From Atractiella rhizophila (lineage: Eukaryota), in assembly GCA_021432655.1 (NCBI GenBank), contig MU271280.1, positions 8,473 through 72,472 on the forward strand: a stretch of DNA of 64,000 nt. The letters run 5' to 3'. Under the pieces are notes generated by a model that had not been told where the DNA came from, ran no database searches, and saw nothing but the letters and a program-made list of their open reading frames with translations. The position numbers and the translations under genes were made by a program. The stretch's first letter is position 1, and every line of letters begins with the position of its first letter. Below are positions 25,996 to 36,649 of this stretch, one piece after another.

Positions 25996-26579
25996 ACGTC
26001 TCTCACAAATGACTATATAGCTACTCGTAACCGAATAAGGTGTCCTCAAACTTTTTCCCTCATGATATATTTTATATCTTTCAGTGTAAGGAAGGCTACG
26101 GTATAAAGAAACAACGGAAGATTCAGGGTTGTGCGAAAGAGACGTGATGGAACACTAGAACAAAGAAATTGCTTTTTACACCCTGGCCTTCTGTAAGCCG
26201 TCGTTCCTTTGTTCCGTGTTGTTACGTCATCGAACTTATAGAAAAAGGTTGATAACTGGTCCACGACACACGCGTGACCCTACGTGTTTTTCGCATATTT
26301 CCGCCATTCAGTGTTTGAAATGTAGGGACACGACTTTTCGGGAGACAAGGCGGAAGGGAGAAGGAAGAGGAAACATAGGGGGGCGGCTGGAGGGGGAGAG
26401 GGAAATTTCAGCCGCAGTCGTGGATCCTATAAGTTCAACGGTCAACGGTCATCCTCAGCCCGCCATGCCAAACAAGAGGGACGGGCTCTGTAAGTGAAAC
26501 TTAAGAGTGGAGGAGGATTGCGGTTCGGAGTCTTTGTTATCATAGTATCTACGACAGAGACAAGTTATTGTTGTATGAA

Positions 26580-27978
26580 GACGGAAGAGCTTAGGCCCTT
26601 TACAGCTGTAGAGGGGGCTACTTGTAAGGGTTCTCCTGCTTCTCGCGAGTCACAGTCAATGAGATGCGCAACGCGTTGACACCCGTGGTGAGGCTGGGTT
26701 AGGAGAAGGAAATGTTAATTCCCTCTTCTCTAACAAAGAGTAAATGCTTCTGTAAAGGCGAAAGGTAAAGCTGAAACCAGCTTAAAAACGCCGTCCCCGC
26801 TCGTCGATAACGGTGTATCGCTGCCTCTTGTCGTACAGCTTAGATAGCGAAGAAGAAGCAGCAGGACGAGGACAGTACCGGTAATTCCAGACAGGATTCC
26901 TCTTTTAAGCTCTGCGTGCTAAGTAGTCTCTGCTTAAGGCCTGTGAGGAGACGTAGCCGTTAAGGCCTAGCGTAGGGAACTAACGTGCTGGAAAACCCCG
27001 AAAAGTCCTAATAAGGTTACGGAAAAAGCACAGTCTTAAACACTTACCTCCTCTTGAGAAAGCTGAGTACCTAGTTGTGACCGTTCTTAAGGTTTTGGGC
27101 CTGAAGCGAGCGAAAATGGACCGACTCTAACAACGACAGTGACTTACCAATGTAAGTTCCCCCTAATAGGTAGCGCTATAGTTCGGGCTTTTACAAGAGT
27201 AACGGCGACTACCGGTGTAATTCGAGCATCTAAAACCCTTTCGATGCGTGTAGATGGCTCCCGTCTTTTAACTTAACCTAACACGAAAACCCTGACAACT
27301 TATGTACAGAGGACTTGAGCGGTTGTGCGTAAACCTTGAAGTTCGGAACCTAACCCTGTAGGTCGCTATGCACTAGTTCCTAATGGGAAGTTGCCGACGT
27401 CTAACCACCCGCCAAACCTTGGTACCGCAAACTCTACCGTAAGAGGGTGGCTGGAAAGTAAGGGTTCAAGCAGATATAACTTAACGAGTACAGAATAACT
27501 ACGTAACGTCCAGAAAGCCACCTTCACTTCCAACGTAACGCCGATAGCGCGCGCCCTAGGCCACGGTATGGGCGCGCTTGGAGCTTTTAGAATAAGGCCT
27601 ACGCACAAAGTCCTGTAAATAGGTTAGGGATGAGCAATTTCTGGGGAAAGACGCAGAAAGAAGAGGGTTGGTTCTCAGACGTTGACGTGTGGGGAAGAAG
27701 GCACCAAACCTAACCCGACGACAACAACCCTTTTGTGGAGCTCGGTGGATAGTTGCAGCGGCCATCCGAAGCGAACCTTCTCTTCCTATGCTGAAACAAA
27801 CTGTTACCAGGCCTAATACTTCTTTACCCGTCTCCGTAACATAAACCTCTCGAGCACCTATACCGAATACCGCGACCACTTCTATACTAGCCGCTTCTCA
27901 TGCTCACGCGCAAAGTATATAGGCAGCTGCCCGTTGCAATTGGTAATAAATACATTGTCACTGTAGAAACCTTTAATT
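26580..27978 (-). CDS. AGC-family (PKA-like) Ser/Thr kinase; readable only as the complement left-to-right (minus strand once the segment is un-reversed); start uncertain
   Basis: MAIKVCPKEK, AFQDYSNAFFVSEFVNGGELF, ARFYLAEI, IIHRDIKPENVL, HIKLVDFG, GTVEYMSPE, DWWAV, LLVKDPFLRL, HPFFRGLDW, ends DDIFGN*; two +1 homopolymer slips (~27415, ~27733). Confidence 0.9.
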
Positions 27979-28192
27979 TGCTGGAGCTTTACTTTCCTCC
28001 TTCCTTCTTCATAACAAAACATTAAATTACTAGCAGAAGGTTAGTAAGCGCAGATCGAACTTCTATAGCTGGACCACTATGTAAAACAAGTAAACGTGCA
28101 ATGTTTGTAAGACGGAAACAAATTACTGAAGGCTTCCTTTTCAGCAAGGAACACAGCATTTAAACAAAGGAGGGTTCTTTGGGAAACTAACT

Positions 28193-29389
28193 AGTAGGGG
28201 TTTGACAAAAGTGCATAGGTTGATAACAAATTAGTGCAGTCCTTGCCTTCCGACTTTCACTTACGCCGTATGGACCAACTAGTCGATCTTTACTTCCAGT
28301 CGTGCGTGACGTCCCTCCTCTGCTCTTTTCTTGAATGCTATAACGGTTTGGTAGTTAGGCCGCCGATTGGCTACGACTACATATTTATAGAGAATGAAAC
28401 CTGCCTTAAATCTGAGTGTTATAGGTCTCCGAAACCGAAGTCGTTGCGTCGGAAAGTTATGCCGTCCGCTGTGTATTGGTCTCGACCGTGATGGCCACAA
28501 GCGTCCAAAGGGGTCTTGATTCGGAAAGTAATTCGTTGAGAAGCTGGTCTTTGGTTGCCTGGATGGGTCAAATAAATCTAGATAGGGGGCTCGTCGGTAG
28601 AGCTTTTAGCTTCATGCACCAAGTTATCGTCGTGATCACACATTCTCTCTCAACGTACAACATATTAGCCATGGGACTAACATCTTGACCTACAACAGAA
28701 ACGTTGAAGTAGTCTTGTATACGCCCTTCCTTGCTTCCTCTGAATGTGGTTAGTTACTCTGACGGGTGGAGGACTACATAGGAACATATTGGTGGAGGCC
28801 CCATTTGCTTAAAGGACCTTAAGATACTGTAGCGAGATCCCCACTGTCCGTACTGCTTGGGAGGACTTCCTAGAAACAACAGGCACTTGGTACCCCGACC
28901 CTTTTCGATCATTCTGTTCGGTCAAAAGCCCGCTCTAGTGAAGCGAGTGGTTGACCCCGCACCCACTATTACATTGACGAAGGCTCGACCAAAGCTTCGA
29001 GAGCTCACTTACACTAGTTGGTTCGAAGACGCCATGGAGGTAAGTACCGTGACATTTGGTACCATTTGCTACTGTTGTAAGTACCGAATTTATTTTCGAG
29101 TGAGCTTCAGAAGCATCAGTTACAGCTGTGGTACTTGAAACATAACGAAGCGTTTCAATCGGTTTAAAGATCGTCATCACTGTCCTAGTTCAGGTCTTGA
29201 CCACCCTGCTAGGCAACGTGGAATCGTTCGTTAACAGTCGTTTTCTCCAGTGTCTCTTCACTCTCATTGGTTGGCTTCCGTCGCTGCTACTAAAATCGTG
29301 GCTGTCGTAGCATGACGCGAGACTACAGACACGCAACGACTAGGCACTCGGTATGGGTTGGAACGTGGTATAGTATGCCAGGGTCTCAA
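28193..29389 (+). CDS. GH18 chitinase, 3' exons; readable only by reading the given bases right-to-left
   Basis: TLGPYDMVQGWVWLTDQQR, IIVAAFGATD, HGVDIDYED (catalytic DxDxE), ITHAPVAPWF, IDWYNIQFYNQG, EMAARGIDLNKL, GYVKTVWG*; collinear with the paralog at 32846-33329. Confidence 0.93.
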
Positions 29390-31238
29390 NNNNNNNNNNN
29401 NNNNNNNNNNNNNNGTATTCTGGTCGCACTTGGGCTTCCCTTCCTACCCGTATCGTGTTTCCACACTTCCTCCAGGTATAAAGATACTTACTACACGAGC
29501 CAACGGTTCTTTGCTCCCTCACGCCCCGGTTTCTGGTCGTCACAGAAAGGGGAGGACAGAGGTGACAGAGGGGGGTGAGGATTGATGTAGGACTAGTCCT
29601 ACACTTTGTGTCACCCTCCTAGCTATATCTCCTCCTCCACTTCACCTTCCAGCGGTTCTTATGCCGTCCGTCGCTCCTGACCATCGCAAATGGACCCCAG
29701 ACCATGATAGGAGCGCGGGGTAGTGAGACAGAAGGGGCAGACAGGCGACAGGGATACCAGACGACTTCAGTGCAGCCACCGATGTGCCGTCCGTGCCCCT
29801 CACCATCTCATATCATCGTCCCAGGCCCATCCGGCACCTCCTTCTCACCTTCCGACTTCTCTCGCCATCCAAGGATCCCCTTCCAACGCCGCACGCCTCT
29901 TCGCATTGAAACTGACAGTGAGCTGGGGCACAAAAGTCTGGTTGCCGAAGAAGTGAGAGGATATGAACCACAACAGGGTTGGAGGAGTACCGATTCTAAG
30001 ATACCGTTGTGACAATGTTAGTTTACCTGAACGAGAAGAAAAGGCACCTCTTTCCGCAAACAGCGAGTCTGTCTCGAAGCTTATTTTTCTCATTCTCCTC
30101 TGAATACATCTCAGATCCAACAAAAGAGCACCAATGAATGGCGTCGATGTTCTACGCCAAAACGTTGTTCACCAACTTTGTCTAAATGACTGGCAACAAT
30201 TGAACAACATGAGGAGCTTACTTTGAGAAGTGCATGCTTGCCGCAACATGTATTTCACTCATGTGGATTGATTTTGGGCGACGACGTGGCAGAGGAGACG
30301 AAGAAAGAGAAAAGCGGTGTTGTGAGAAGCAATGAAAGGGGAGATGTTGATGATGATGGCAGGATGTTAAGAGCGAGGGAGAGTTCGAACTTGTGAACGT
30401 TGGGGTGTTGGGGTGGGCGTCTCCATTCTGCTCCGTTGTCCAGTTGGTTGTGGCACTTAGTCCTCTTCAGAGTCTTCACGTGATGTGGATTGCCTTGGAA
30501 CTTTGCCAAGTTCGTTGCGCTCACCGGCTCTTCTCTTTGTTGGCTCGTTTCCACTTCAATACCGCTTCAGTTCTCAAGCAATAGGTTTTAAATGCTCGGG
30601 AAGCTGTATTTGCTATATTTAACCCCTTCTAGCACCGAAGGAAGGAATCACAGAATAAGAGATCCTTTCTGATTTCAAGAACTGAAGAACTGTTTAGTCC
30701 TGTTTTGTTATAGTCCTCTGGGTCTTCTCTATTTTGGATGGTCCTTAAAGCCCCTTAGCCAGCCCCTCAGCCGATCTTAAACAATCGCAGGTTTGCCTGT
30801 AGTTTGCCTTAGTTTGCTCACAAGGAGAACCAGCTGTAACATTTGCACTACAGCCGCACTAACTGCTCTAAGCCTTCCCTATCTCAACACTAACCCAGCC
30901 CTGCAAGGTTCCAGGGTATCACCACCCACAACAGCTCTTTCAGAATCCTGAGCGTACGAACAGAATACCCGTGTCGGCGCCTTTCAAACCGTATACAACA
31001 AAGCTATTTAAAAGACAAAAATACTGGTCTCCATGACCGAGTCAGGTGACTTCTCCCTGAGGGGACCGCTCAGCTTGTAACATAAGATCGAACAGATCTT
31101 GTAAAGACACATTTTCTCTCGCTACAATGATGTGGACATAACTTGCACATCCTGCTCCTTATATCTCTATGCAAGGCCAAAATTCTGAGTAAGAGAAATG
31201 ATACATGGTGCCTCACACGCAAACTCCAATATGACCTA

Positions 31239-32381
31239 GCCAGACCACCCCCCCTTTTTCGGAATCGTCGTGCAAGTATCGGGTGTGGAGAGAATGGTAC
31301 GTTCACGTTTGTTCCCTTTAGCCACCCTTTCACAGTTACTCCTCTCTTTGCATATAACATGTACCATTCTCCCGTTCTTCAGCGCGATTATGTCAGGTTT
31401 GCATCTTACGCAAATCGGCGCCCTTTCGCTGGATTGCATCTCCTATCGCCCATTTGCATTCCCTGGGAATCGGCGCCTGTCGCCACTCTGCGTCTCCCAT
31501 TGCCTGATTTTGCCCATTTGCACCTGCATCACCACTTAGCCCATTTGTGTCTATTCTCCTCTTATTAACTCCGCATAATCCCACTGTCACTTTTCCCTTT
31601 TAGTTCTCTTACATGTTTCATCTGCTCTCCTCTACACCGTGTGGCAGTGTTATTCCGCTTGTAATATATAGATCGGAGAGTAGTGGAGGTGGACCTCAGA
31701 GTATTCTCTTAGGTTTATCTCCACTACAGGTTAGTCTTCACGTCGTACCATGCTCTTAGGTTTACCTCCACTACAGACGCATCGCCTATCGGCGACCGCA
31801 CATAGTGTCAGCCCTAACACACCGACGCTTACAATCATCTTTGAATCGCTGCCAAAGAAATACCAAACTACATTACATAAGGAATGTTTCCGCATATCCC
31901 AGAAAACTAACAAACCATGTTGGCTGAAATGCAGTCCCAAACCTGTCAAAACCATTGGCGACGCCTCAAAATGGCTGGGGGGCATTCGCAACCACTGTGC
32001 AATGTGTCACCTACGGTTTCGAAAAGAGATGCCAATTGTTCCCAACCACCACTCAGGTTGCAGGACCATTCTCAAGGTTGGGCTATGAGACAATCATTGT
32101 GTGAGGGATGTTGGAGATCCGTGGATGTCACTTGTTTGTTCTATTTACATTGCGTTCCGGATGCCGTGCCAAACATGTGCACTTCACCGCTAGTCCGGAC
32201 TTATAAGTATGCTTGATGTGTTTTCTTTCCTTTTCTTTCTCCCCAATCACATATTCGTTTATATCATTTGCACTCACTAATAAGTGATTGGGGATTGTTA
32301 GCGCAAAGTGATAGAAAGTACATTTCTCACTAGGGATGGCTATGATTGCAGGATGGTGCTGAAAAAAGGGGGTGGTCTAGC
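31239..32381. mobile_element. Non-autonomous TIR element (MITE-like, possible TA TSD) carrying a solo LTR
   Basis: ta|gccagaccaccccccctttttc at the left and gaaaaaagggggtggtctagc|ta at the right are imperfect inverted repeats. Confidence 0.55.
31391..31819 (+). repeat. Solo LTR, family A
   Basis: TGTCAGGTTTGCATC...GTCAGCCCTAACA. Confidence 0.85.
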
Positions 32382-32845
32382 TAGGGACTTGTTGCTCACG
32401 AATCCGTTTGAGCAGCATGTCTAGGTCAAGGAATGTACGCACCATCCCCCATATAGGCGGTATTGTATATACCGGCTCCATCACAGCGTCGAAGATGTAT
32501 ATGTCCTTCCAAGCTCTCTTGATCTTGAGCTCCATGCGCAACATTGGGAATCACCTGACGCGCCGCCCAAGGGGTCATGGTTAACCACTCCATCTTCTCC
32601 CTCAATGGACGTTCCTTTGACCAGCAACAGTGATCTTGCCCGCCAATATGAATATACCTTCATATGCCATAAAGGGACGTTCCTTAAATGATTGTCACCA
32701 TATAACACCGTTCGACTAGAAGTATACATTTTTCTTCCATGTTACAAAATATTCTGACATTGCGCAAAGATTGCGCAAAGATTGCTCAAAGGAAAGTCAT
32801 TGCTCGGTCGTAGATTCTTCCTCTTCCAAGCTGCACTTGGATGCC

Positions 32846-33329
32846 TTATCCCCAAACGGTGTTCACGTATCCGACTGTTGATTATCGCATTAGCAGCGCA
32901 AGTTGGGCACAGATGTAGATGAGACTGACCAGGTTGATCGGCTGCGAAGAAAAGTCAGCGTCAAGCAGGTACAAGGAAAGGACAGAACTTACGATATTGC
33001 CAAACCATTAATCCGGCGGCTATCCAATGTGAATGCGTAAACATAGCTCGAGAGGATGGAGCAGAGCGCACAATATCCAGATGCTTTGGCTTCAGCAACG
33101 CAGCCGCTCAATACGTCCGGTGATACGTAGCCCGAGCTCGCACTCCCGGTGCTCGCAGGTTTGCCCAAAACTGTGTTTCGTTTATCAGTAACTATTCGAG
33201 ATGGAAAAGGAAGCTGTACCAAGCTTATTCAGATCTATTCCCCGAGCAGCCATCTCGAATATCGAAGTGTGTGGTTCAATAGCAGCGCTGGTATGTAACA
33301 GGGAGTCGCAGGTTGTGTAATCGGTGCCA
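32846..33329 (-). pseudogene. GH18 chitinase 3' fragment truncated by an LTR
   Basis: GTDYTTCDSLLHTSAAIEPHTSIFEMAARGIDLNKL / VLGKPASTGSASSGYV / GLMVWQY / GYVNTVWG*. Confidence 0.85.
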
Positions 33330-33606
33330 CCATTTGTGTCTATTCTCCTCTTATTAACTCCGCATAATCCCACTGTCACTTTTCCCTTTTAGTTCTCTTA
33401 CATGTTTCATCTGCTCTCCTCTACACCGTGTGGCAGTGTTATTCCGCTTGTATATATAGATCGGAGAGTAGTGGAGGTGACCTCAGAGTATTCTCTTAGG
33501 TTTATCTCCACTACAGGTTAGTCTTCACGTCGTATCATGCTCTTAGGTTTATCTCCACTACAGACGCATCGCCTATCGGCGACCGCACATAGTGTCAGCC
33601 CTAACA
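33330..33606 (+). repeat. 5'-truncated family A LTR
   Basis: Near-identical to 31541-31819. Confidence 0.85.
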
Positions 33607-33999
33607 CACCGACGGTTACCATCACAAGGCTGCCAAAGAATTAGCAAACTACATTACATAAGGAATGTGAAGAGAAAACTGACAAACCATGTTGCTTCAA
33701 GCAGTCCCAGACTCAAATACGCCTCAACCATGGCTGTCAGGCTTGCCCCTACGCATTACCGAAATGCACCATCTGAAGTCACGTGACCTACTTTACCATG
33801 CCATAGTATCATGCGCCTACCCATCGCCGCTTTGCTCACGTTCGCGCTGATCGCCGCCTTCCCCTATCTCACACGAATCGCCGCTCAGCAAACCTTAAAC
33901 ATTTCGCCGGTCTGCACCATCTCCATTATTGCTTTATTGTCCTTTCTCATTTGTACTGCTCAGTATGTCTTATTTCCGAGTTTTCCCTTTATTTCTTTC

Positions 34000-34500
34000 C
34001 TGATCTAGCTATCTTACATGTTTCAAGAAACGTATGATACAGTTGATGGCAGTGCTTTTACATATGTATATATACATCGAGATGTAGTGGTGGTGACCTC
34101 AGAGTATTCTCTTAGGTTTACCTCCACTACAGGTTAGTCTCCTCATGCCATACTATTCTCTTAGGTTTACCTCCACTGCAGACGCATCGCCTATCGGCGA
34201 CCGCACATAGTGTCAGCCCTAACAATGGCCTTGCAATCATCTTTGAATCGTTGCAGCAATACCAAAAGATAGTTGTAATGTTTCCGCATTTCCCAGTGTT
34301 CTAGCAACAGTTGGGAAATGCAGTCCCAACCCTGTCAAAACCATTGGCGACGCCTCAAAATGCGGGGGGCATTCGCAACCACTGTGCAATGTGTCACCTA
34401 CAGTTTCGAAAAGAGATGCCAATTGTTCCCAACCACCACTCAGGTTGCAGGACCATTCTCAAGGTTGGGCTATGAGACAATCATTGTGTGAGGGATGATT
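34000..34500 (+). repeat. Diverged family A LTR 3' end (to 34224) plus a copy of 31830-32105
   Basis: ctcttaggtttacctccactacagg...gtcagccctaaca, then gtcaaaaccattggcgacgcctcaaaatg...gagacaatcattgtgtgagggatg shared with 31945-32110. Confidence 0.8.
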
Positions 34501-35539
34501 CCACATCAGAGGACAGCTCGGAGTACGCGTAGAGGAGCACCTCGGTAGCGAAAGGAATGTCCATGTTGGAGATGCAAGGACGGGAGAGGCCAGGGTCTAC
34601 AAGGCGAGGGAGAAGAGGGAGAGAGAGTTGGCAGAGGAGGAGAGGATGGTCGGAGGAGATAGATAAGGAGGACTGATGAATGAGTGAAAGTGAGTGGACA
34701 GGAGTTGAAGGCGAAGTGAAGATGTGATCGAGGGGATTAAGGAGAGCGGGATGAGTAGACTGAGGAGAAGAGACAAACAGCTGACGCATTGCCATCCAAG
34801 TGACGATGCAGGAAACCCTATCAGAGGGGGTTAAGCCTGAAGGCGATGCATCTTTAGGATGTGGGATGATATTAAATACTGAATGAACAAGGGCTTTCTG
34901 GAATGGAACTAGCCTTGTCTGCATCCATCGACGAACACTCTGCATCTCTCATCTCTCTCTCCCCTCTCACGCTGTCAGGGAGAGCAACCTGGTTCCTGGA
35001 TTTTGCGCGTCGAGTGTCAAGTGCCACCAGTTGGTTGTTGCTACACGATCGGTCAAAGAAAGTCTCGTATGTGATCTTTATTGACTCTTGCCTTGTCGAC
35101 GATGAGATGAGAGATGTGTTCTCTCTTGCCAATTCGATATTCAAGTTGTGCAGCTTTCATATCTCCATTGTCTCAAACTCAAACACATATCCACAACTGC
35201 AATTCTTAGGCAAGAGATCTTGGTTCATCGTGACATCTTTCTTGTTCCTAGGGTTCGTTCATCGGTCTCGCAATTTGACAAATGGTTCAAGTTGCCCTAA
35301 GTTGACCTCCCCTTCTTATCCTCACGTCCTCACGTTCGTAAGGATGTTCTTCCATGCGTGTAGATCTTTGGATCAGAATGCTGCTCTGCTGTATTCCTTG
35401 TTTTTTCTTGCTCTTCTTCAGAGTCAGTTTCACGTATCCTTTCGTCGCTCTGCCTCCTCGTAGCTCTAGTCCAGATCTGACCTATTTCCTCAGTTTCGTA
35501 TCTCACGTTCATAACCGATTTCATCTCGTGCTCTAGGAG

Positions 35540-36204
35540 ATGGACGCCTCGGCCTTCGGAAAGACGCCTAAGCCTTCTTCATCAAATCCCAGCGACAATG
35601 AAGACCCTGGGAATTTATCTGATGACGACAACGAATTCACCGCCGGTTCGCGACAAGTTCCACCGTCTAATGAAGGCGTCAGAGTCCAAAATCTTTCAGT
35701 ACTGCAGCTGTACTCTCAAACCAGCCGTTTCTTGACCACCAAACCGACAATTTTTGGCCCACAGTTTGGCTTCCTATCGCGTATCGCATCGCCGGTTGCC
35801 CCCAGAACTGCAACTCCAACACCTTCCTTATACCCCAGCCCCTCCCAAGTTCAAGCCGTCAAGATTTTCAAAGTCCCCGAGAATGTCAAGAAGACGAACG
35901 AGCAAGGCATCCGAATCCTTGCTATTGACAATGGCGGCATTTGTACCTTTTCCACGCTTTATATGCTTGAAGTCATCATGCTCCAAGTTGGAGATCTCCT
36001 CGGCGTTCCGGAAGGAGAAGAGGTTCGACCCTGCGATGTTTTCGATCTCATCTGTGGCACTTCTACAGGAGGATGGATTGCCCTCATGCTCGGAAGATTG
36101 GGAATGACCGTTCGAGAATGCATCCGTGCGTACGAACAGATCGTGCAGCAAGTCTTCTCCGAAGAAACTCCAATCTCAAAAGGAGGCTGCGTGTACTCTG
36201 CGGA
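35540..36204 (+). CDS. Patatin-like phospholipase domain protein, 5' part (runs into the gap)
   Basis: GIRILAIDNGG oxyanion loop, RPCDVFDLICGTSTGGWIALMLGRL (GxSxG). Confidence 0.85.
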
Positions 36205-36229
36205 NNNNNNNNNNNNNNNNNNNNNNNNN

Positions 36230-36649
36230 AACCATGATTTTAGCTCCAACAGCATCGTACTGAGCTCTGAAGTCTGCACGTTGTTGATCCGTGAGCCACA
36301 CCCAGCCTTGGACCATGTCAAAAAGGTCCTTGAGTAGCGAGCCAGCTGCGAGCGATAGGTGAGTGTTGCTTTTCTCCGATCAATCGTTGAAGCAGCTTAC
36401 AACGAGAGAACGAAAACATTCCAGCCGTCCAGCGCTGATGCAGCCGGGGGTGCTCCTACATCACGAAGTTCAGAGAAACCATCGTCACTCAAATCAATCC
36501 TTACCTTGGTTCGCCCACTTGTCAGAGTACAGGACGAAATGAGGCGGGTTCTGGGCTAGAGTAGAAACCGTCTGATTCGTGATGGGCATGGAGAAGACTC
36601 CATGAAAGAGAGAGCCTGCGAACGTTAGAAGGGCGAGAAGAGCAGCCAT
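36230..36649 (-). CDS. GH18 chitinase, 5' part (runs into the gap; one homopolymer slip)
   Basis: MAALLALLTFAG...PHFVLYSDKWANQ / APPAASALDGWNVFVLS / WLATQGPF-DMVQGWVWLTDQQRADFRAQYDAVGAKIMV. Confidence 0.85.

Larger units (their letters stand above)
25996..29389. other. Segment written in reversed, uncomplemented order
   Basis: No meaningful six-frame ORFs; simple reversal or simple complementation yields spliced genes; right end abuts the 25-N gap. Confidence 0.97.

Noticed and set aside
26046..29180. Six-frame ORFs listed within the reversed block
   Set aside because: Spurious; the real coding information is in the reversed or complemented reading.
25996..29389. Ordinary inversion or horizontally acquired island as the explanation for the odd block
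   Set aside because: The reverse complement gives no genes, whereas plain reversal gives a precise in-frame junction with the flanking host gene.
31700..31780. Repeated ctcttaggtttatctccactacag units resembling a CRISPR array (also ~15380-15450, 33490-33565, 34110-34180)
   Set aside because: Only two units per locus, internal to a dispersed LTR; eukaryotic context and no cas genes.
34481..35463. 154-aa and 186-aa ORFs
   Set aside because: No recognisable motifs; located in repeat debris, so no product can be supported.
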